Below, in pieces: positions 57,266 through 64,000 of a DNA stretch of 64,000 nt. Position numbers and translations under genes: made by a program. The notes beneath the pieces are model-generated. The model saw nothing but the letters and a program-made list of their open reading frames with translations. It was not told the origin of the DNA and made no database searches. The stretch lies in NCBI RefSeq assembly GCF_009914755.1, contig NC_060934.1; one strand, given 5' to 3'. The number at the start of each line of letters is the position of its first letter. The first letter of the stretch is position 1. This stretch comes from the human T2T-CHM13v2.0 reference genome, Homo sapiens.

Positions 57266-58689
57266 TGCATAATTATAGCTCTCATACTGAGCTTTCCCCC
57301 AGCACTAGACTCAAATTTGAAATCTGACTAGATTCTAAATCTCAACGTTTCTAAACAGAATTTAGCATCTTTACCCATATAAATCAGTTTTGCTTAAAGC
57401 TGGCTTAGCTTTTCTCATGACGCTTATATCAACTGGCAGTACTATTCATTGTCATCATAATAAAATACTAGCTCTACTGCACACTGGTTGGGAACCAGGG
57501 GCAGATAGGGGAGGAGGGCATAAGAGAAGAAACTGAGCCTTAATTTCAACATCTTTAAAGTAGAAACATTTTTAAGATTGGTCTCAACACATTGTTGTGA
57601 TTAAATGTTAGTATACACAAAGAACTTAACTTTACCAGCCACAAAGCAATGATTCAATAAATGCTAACAATTGTTACTTTATTATTAAATTAAAATTTTC
57701 TTTTAATCACAAATGTATTTCTTACATCAAAAAAATTAAGAACTCTAATAGGGCCTTATAGGCAGTTTTCCCCTATATGTACACTATTCTTTCCCATGTG
57801 TTTTAATATCTTACCCTTTTAATGATTTTAACAACTCCAGGATATGCAAGAGAGGCTTAATAGTGTTTTTTTTTTCTCTATTCTCCTTAAGATTTCTTAT
57901 CAATAGGGTTATAGTCTATAATGAACTTATTAAGAGTTTTTAATAATTTCAGCTTGAAGCTCTTCAAAATTTATAAATGGAGTGCTTTAACATGAAAAGC
58001 TGAACATTCAATTTGGACAGAACTCTCTCATACTATAGTCACCCAGAAAAGGTTGTTAAAATACAGCAATAAGAAATATTTTAGTGCAAAACCCAGCTTA
58101 AAACAGAAAAAAAAAAACAGAATAGAAAATCCTCAGGTGATACAAGCGAAAAAGGTAATCAAAGTCAGATGGGGAAAAGTAAAGACAGTTTTACACATGG
58201 CTGAACGCCCAAGGGGTTGGTCGCCTGCACGCATGGAACTGGAAAGGCACCTTCTAGATCATGGAAAGCAAGGTTACATGAATTATGTTTGGGTCTGCTA
58301 AAAACTATTCCTTCAGTTAAAATAAAAGAAAGAAGGTGGAGATCTGACTCACTTGTTGAGAGCAATAGTGGGAAAAATTGTCGTCTACATAAAGTCTTAG
58401 TGAAAGATCAGAAGCACTGACCTGTAGTTACAGGAGTTCCAAGTTTAGAGCGTAAAACAACAATCAGACAAGAACGACTGAATTCCTTTGGTACTGATGG
58501 AGCAAAATAAAAACCACTCCGCTGGAACATTTTTATACCATAGTCATTGGTGTACCATATGAAAAATTTAACCCTCGGAAAAAAGAAAAGTTTATGAAAA
58601 AAACACACGAGAGAGAGAGAGGGAGAGAGAGTACATGAGTATGTGTTGGGGGCAGGGGTGTGGATATCAATGAGCTCAAACTACAGGAC

Positions 58690-59815
58690 AAATAATATCT
58701 GAATAACTGGAAATAATACATTACTTTGAAGGAGACAATAAATTAAGTATGTTGACATAAGAAATAAAAGCAGACATAGATTCATAATGAAAATATAGTT
58801 CATTTTGAAAACTGAAAACTCAGATTTAAAACAAAAAGAATGCTCAAAATTTGGAAAGAGTGATAAAAATCGAAAGTTCAATGGATAAATCAGACTAGAT
58901 TAGGGAATTCTGAAGAGGAAAAAACGTGGTCTGGGAGACAGAAATGAAGAAGTACCCAGAATTCAGTGCAGAGAAAATATAAAAAATATGAAAAGAGGCA
59001 TGGCAAAGAAAAGGTAAAGTTAGAAGATGTAAATTATGCTTAATTGAAAATCAAAATGTAAAAAATAATATGATGAGAGAAAATATTTGAAAGTATAATA
59101 TCCCAAAATTGCTCAAGTACATTTATTTCCAAACTAAAGGCACTAAGTGCAGGTCAAGATAAATAAAAACAAATCTGTAATTAGACACATGTTGGTGAAA
59201 CTAGAACAACAAGAAAACTCAAAGAAACTTGCCTTTTTCAAACTGGAATTTTCTCAAAGGGAAGAAAAAGCATTTTTTTTCTGGCAAATCATAACCATAC
59301 TTTGCACATAACATAGGTTTTGGAGTGCCTTCTCACCTTTAGTGTGGTGTAAAAATTTTTAAGGTGAGAATCTTATTTGTAGTAGTTTGGAGTTATTATG
59401 TCCATATGAACCTTGCAAAAACAAGAAAACAAACAAAACACACACACACACACACACAAACACACACGATTCCCCTATGGAGTAGTACAATTTCAATCCT
59501 GCCATCAAATAATTCCCATAAGCACAGTTCTAAGAAAAAGGAGCAGTTCAAAGTAAACAGTCTCAAAAGACACAAGGACCAAAGGCTCTGTGAGTGAATC
59601 ACAGAAGAAAATAACACATATACAAACCAGACTTCAAGAGAATTTGGGTACTGGAATTATAAAACATGACTTAAAATGCAATATTTCATATTTAAATGCA
59701 AGTATATAAATGTGTGTGTGTCAATTGTTAACATAAATGGAACAAGGAGAAAACAAAGGAGTTTCATTGCAAAATTAAACAAATATAAAACATATAGAAA
59801 TTTTAAAAATAGATA
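58690..59815 (+). mobile_element. Very old L1M/HAL1-like ORF1-region relics
   Basis: A-rich; GGAGACAGAAATGAAGAAGTACCCAGAAT..GCAGAGA and TAGACACATGTTGGTGAAACT resemble L1 ORF1; probably more than one fragment. Confidence 0.5.
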
Positions 59816-59825
59816 GGGCTAACTA

Positions 59826-62398
59826 GAGGGTGGCAAGATGGCTGACTAGACATAGCCAGGATGAACATTTACCACCAAGGGACTGGGTCACCGGGAAGAC
59901 TGACGCACTCCAAGCAGATCTTCAGAGGGAAGACTTTGTGGGGGATGGAGGGAGGACACAGACACTGGGCTGAAGCATGGTACCTGGAAATCCTGCATAG
60001 GGTTATCGCAAACCAGGACTTGTTCCTGGCTCCCAACAACTCCTTGAAAAGGGGTGAGTTGAGCAGGAAAAGAACAACTCGCTCTGGCTATGGACCTCTG
60101 GAATCCTGTCAGCAAGATACCCTACAACTCCCATGGACATCTGAGTTGGCAGGGACAGCTGCTTAGACAGGTGATAGTGGCAGAACTCCAGATGGTGCAG
60201 AGTCCAGAGGGTTTGGTGTGGGAGCATCTGCAGTGGAGCATAGCCAGTGACACCCATCTCCCAGGGCTTGCCTTGCTCCCACAGTAGACTTTAGCCTTAG
60301 GGGTACTGTTGGATCTGAACAGAGCAGGGTGATCTTGCCCATGAGACAGGGTGAGTCCAACCTGAGTATCCCTGTCTGCTGGCCTCTCCCAGGGCCCCAG
60401 CCTGGCCACACCTGCATTTAGTGCAGCCTCCCCAAACTGGAGCCTCCTCTGTGCCCTCCTCAGACTGGAGCCTCCTCTGTGCTGCTTTGCCAGCATGCAC
60501 TTGCCCACGGCCACACACCACATCACTTTGTCAATGCATGTGTGCATAGGCAGACCTTGCTGCTTGTTCTCTACAGGTGCTGTGTGTGCTTGGACTCCAC
60601 TGTGCCACTGTTGCTGGTATGAGTGCAAACTACCCCACCACCACTTGGCCATTGCTGGCACACACACACACACGTGGATGTCAGCAGCTCTGCTGCCTCC
60701 CTCAGCACCCCCTCCAACCCCACTCCAAACCTCCCCACCCCAGTCCACACCATGCCCCCACCACCACCACTGCAAACACCTGCATAGAGGCCAGTACTGC
60801 TATGCCTGCCAGCGCCCCAGTACAGTCAGCAAGCATGCACCCTGCCATGTTGCCCACTGCTGGCCTGTGTAAAAGAGCAAAGTTCCTGCTGTCACTGCCT
60901 GATAAAGTGCTTTGGCTGACATCACCCATTGGAATACTGTGATCAGCAGTCCTGGAAAACCTTGGCCCTTCCAGTGCAGCAAGCTTCTAATGTGAAGTCA
61001 GGGAGAAAAAGCCAGGGGCCTGATGCCACCCCCCCCAGAATTAGAGTATGCAGAGCCTTGGCTCCCTAAAGTCCTCCAGAAATGATGCCAGTTGACTGAA
61101 CCCCTGTTATAACATGATCAAACCCCCAAGGATATCAAAGATAAAAGAAAAATAAAAAGCTCACTCAAAGGAAAGCAATGCCAAAGACTGAAGGAATATC
61201 AGCACACGAAGATAAGAAAGAACCAGTGTTATAACTCTAGTAACTCAAAAAGCCAGAGTATCTTCTTACTTCCAAATGACCACACTAGTTCCATACCAAT
61301 GGTTCCTATCCAGGCTGAAATGGCTGAAATGACAGAAACAGAAAGCAGAATATGGATATTCAATAAGAACACATATTATTGAAAATCAGGAGAAAGTCAA
61401 GCCCAATTCAAAGATTCTATGCCTTACACTTTCACTACATAGGAGATGAAAGATGAAATGGCCATTGAAAAGAAAGAAGGAAGGAAGGAAGGAAAGAGAG
61501 AGAAAGAGAAAGGAAAAGAAAAGAAAAGGAAAAGAAAAAGAAACTACTCTGATAGAGTTGAAAAACTCACTTCAAGAATTTCAGAATACAAACACAAGTA
61601 TTAACTACATAATGAACCAAGATGAGGAAAGTATCTCAGAGCTAGAAGACTGGCTCACTTAAATGACACAGACAAACATTTTTAAAAAATAAAGGAGAAT
61701 GAATAAAATGTCCAAGAAATATGAGATTATATAAAGAGACCAAGTCTATGACTCATTATCATCCCTGAAAAGAGAATGAGAGAAAGCAAGCAACTTGAAA
61801 AACAACTGAGAATATTGTATATTGAAGACTGGAGAATTTACCCAACCTCACTAGAGAGGCCAACATTCAAATTCAGTAAATGCAAATAACCCCTGCAAAA
61901 TACTACACAAAAAGACCATCCTGAAGACACACAGTCATCAGATTTACCAAGGTCAAAATGAAAGAAAAAAATGTTAAAGGCAGCTAGAGAGAAAGGACTG
62001 GTCACCTACAAAGGGAACCCCATCAGGCTAACAGCAGACCTTTCAGTGGAAACCCTATAAGCAAGAAGAGATTTGGGGCCTATGTTTAGCATTCTTAAAG
62101 AAAATAAATTCCAACCAAGAATTTCATATCCAGCCAAATTAAGCTTCATAAGTGAAGAAGAAAGAAGATTATTTTCAGACAAGTAAATGCTAAAGAAATT
62201 CATTACAACCAGACCTACCTTACACAAGGATTTGAAGGAAGTTCTAAACATGGAAAGGAAAACTAGTTACTAGCCACTACAAAAACATACTTCAGAATAT
62301 AGACCAGTGACACTTTAAAGCAACCACACAAACAAGTCTGCATAATAACCAGCTAACAACACAGTGATGGGATCAAAACTGCAAATATCAATACTAAT
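59826..62398 (+). mobile_element. L1 (older L1PA/L1PB-like) 5' UTR, ORF1 and start of ORF2, interrupted by THE1D
   Basis: GGCAAGATGGCTGACTAG 5' start, GC-rich UTR, ORF1 relic (IELKNSLQEFQN, EESISELEDWL; ACCTACAAAGGGAACCCCATCAGGCTAACAGCAGAC; CCAAGAATTTCATATCCAGCCAAA), ORF2 start region at about 62365. Confidence 0.92.
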
Positions 62399-64000
62399 TG
62401 GTATGGTTTGTCTGAGTCCCCACCCAAGTCTCACCTCGAATTGTAATAATCCTCATGTGTCAAGGGCAAGGCCAGGTATAGATAATTGAATCATGGGAGG
62501 GGTATCCCCCACACTGTTCTTGGGGTAGTGAATAAGTATCATGAGGTCTGATGGTTTTATAAATGCGAACTCCCCTACCCATGATCTCTTGCCTGCTACC
62601 ATGTAAGAGGTGCCTTTGCTTTTCTTTTGCCTTACACCATTATTGTGAGGCCTCCCCAGCCATGTGGAACTGTAAGTCCATTAAACCTCTTTCCTTTATA
62701 AATTACCCAGTCTTGGGTATGTCTTTATTAGCAGAATGGGAATAGACTAAAACAGTAAGTTGGTACTGGGTAGTGGGGCACTGCTGTAAAGATATCCAAA
62801 AATGTGGAAGCACATTTGGAACTGGGTAACAGGCAGAGGCTGGAACAGTTTGGAGGGCTCAGAAGAAGATAGAAAAATGTGGGAATGTTTAGAACTTCCT
62901 GGAGACTTGCTGAATGGCTTTGCCCAAAATGCTGATAGTGATATAGATAATAAAGTCCAGGCTGAGGTGGCCTCAGATGGAGATGAGGAACTTGTTGAAC
63001 TGGAGTAAAGAACACTATTGCCATGCAAAGGGAATGGTCACATGTTGCCCCTACCCTAGAGATCTGTGGAACTTTGAACGTGTGAGAGATAATTTAGGGT
63101 ATCTGGCAGAAGGTCAAAGGGTTCAAGAGGAAGCAGAGCATAAAGAATTGGAAAATTTGCAGCCTGATGATGCAACAGAAAAAAAAAATGGGGGGGGAGA
63201 AATTCAAGCAAGTTGCAGAAATTTGCATAAGTAACAAGCATTCAAATGTTAATCACCAAGGTAATAGGGAAAATGTCTCTGGGGCATGTCAGAGACCTTC
63301 AAGGCAGCCCCTGCCATCAGGCTTAGAAGGGAAAAATGGTTTTATGGACTGGGCCCAGGGACTCCTGCTCTATGCAGACTCCAGACAAGTCGCCCTGTGT
63401 CCCAGCTGCTTCAGCTCAAGCCATTGCTAAAAGGGGCCAACTTGAAGCTCAGGCTTGAGTTCAAGCTCAAGTTTCAAAGGGTGCAGTTTCCAAGTCTTGG
63501 CAGCTTACATGTGGCATTGGGCATGCAGGTGCAGAGAAATCAAAAATTGAGATTTGGGAACTTCCATCTAGATTTCAGAGGACGTACGGAAATGCTTGTA
63601 TGTCCAGGCTGAAGTTTGCTGCAGGGACAGGACCCTAACAGAAAACCACTGCTAGGGCAGTGCAGAAGGGAATTGTGGGTCCCCACACAGAGTCCCCACT
63701 GGGGCACTGCCTAGTGGAGCTGTGAGAAGAGGGCCATTGTCCTCCAAACCCCAGAATGGTAGATCCACTGACAGCTTCTACTGTGTGCTTGGAAAAGCCA
63801 GAGACACTCAACAACAGCCTATGAAAGCGGCCTGGAGGAGGGCTATACCCTGTAAAGCCACAGAGGCAGAGCTGCCCAAGATCATGGGAACCCAACTCTT
63901 GCATCAGTGTGACCTGGATGTGAGACATGGAGTCAAAGGAGATCATTCTGGAGCTTTAAGATTTGACTGCCCCACTGGATTATGGAGTTGTATGGGCCTG
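62399..64000 (+). mobile_element. THE1D-like MaLR element: 5' LTR 62399-62754 plus internal region, cut by the window edge
   Basis: TGGTATGGTTTG start, TATAAA, ATTAAA, GACTAAAACA end; internal ORF relic WNSLEGSEEDRKMWECLELPGDLLNGF. Confidence 0.95.

Noticed and set aside
59861-60982. Dense overlapping ORFs (up to 217 aa) suggesting a GC-rich gene or CpG island
   Set aside because: This is the L1 5' UTR; it is CpG-depleted and the translations resemble no protein family I recognise.

Overview
AT-rich primate (human-like) non-coding DNA, intergenic or deep intronic. I can support no cellular protein-coding exon, RNA gene or CRISPR array; the longer ORFs in the track fall in transposon relics or low-complexity tracts. 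The window is a layered record of mobile elements. It holds a pol-less class I endogenous retrovirus (LTR1/HUERS-P-like: Pro-tRNA PBS, gag relic, env tail only, 2634-7479) inserted into a GA tract, and two THE1 MaLR elements (one complete, one running off the right edge). It also holds solo LTRs (LTR8, MST, MER21), an MLT2/HERV-L fragment with a dUTPase relic nested in an old L1, several L1s of different ages, ten dimeric Alus and one FLAM, L2/MIR relics, and two hAT MITEs (MER1, MER91). Family names come from recalled consensus sequences, so subfamily calls and the edges of old elements are approximate. The most unusual structures are a perfect 38-bp minisatellite built from two interleaved, mutually exclusive hairpins (25491-25619), a 77-nt orphan hairpin (22942-23018), a microsatellite grown out of gag codons, an orphan THE1 fragment starting at the polypurine tract, a DUX4-to-AP-1 motif switch between sister LTRs, and a recursive-splice-like AG|GTAAGA site. 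I found no evidence of a new multi-gene biological system.
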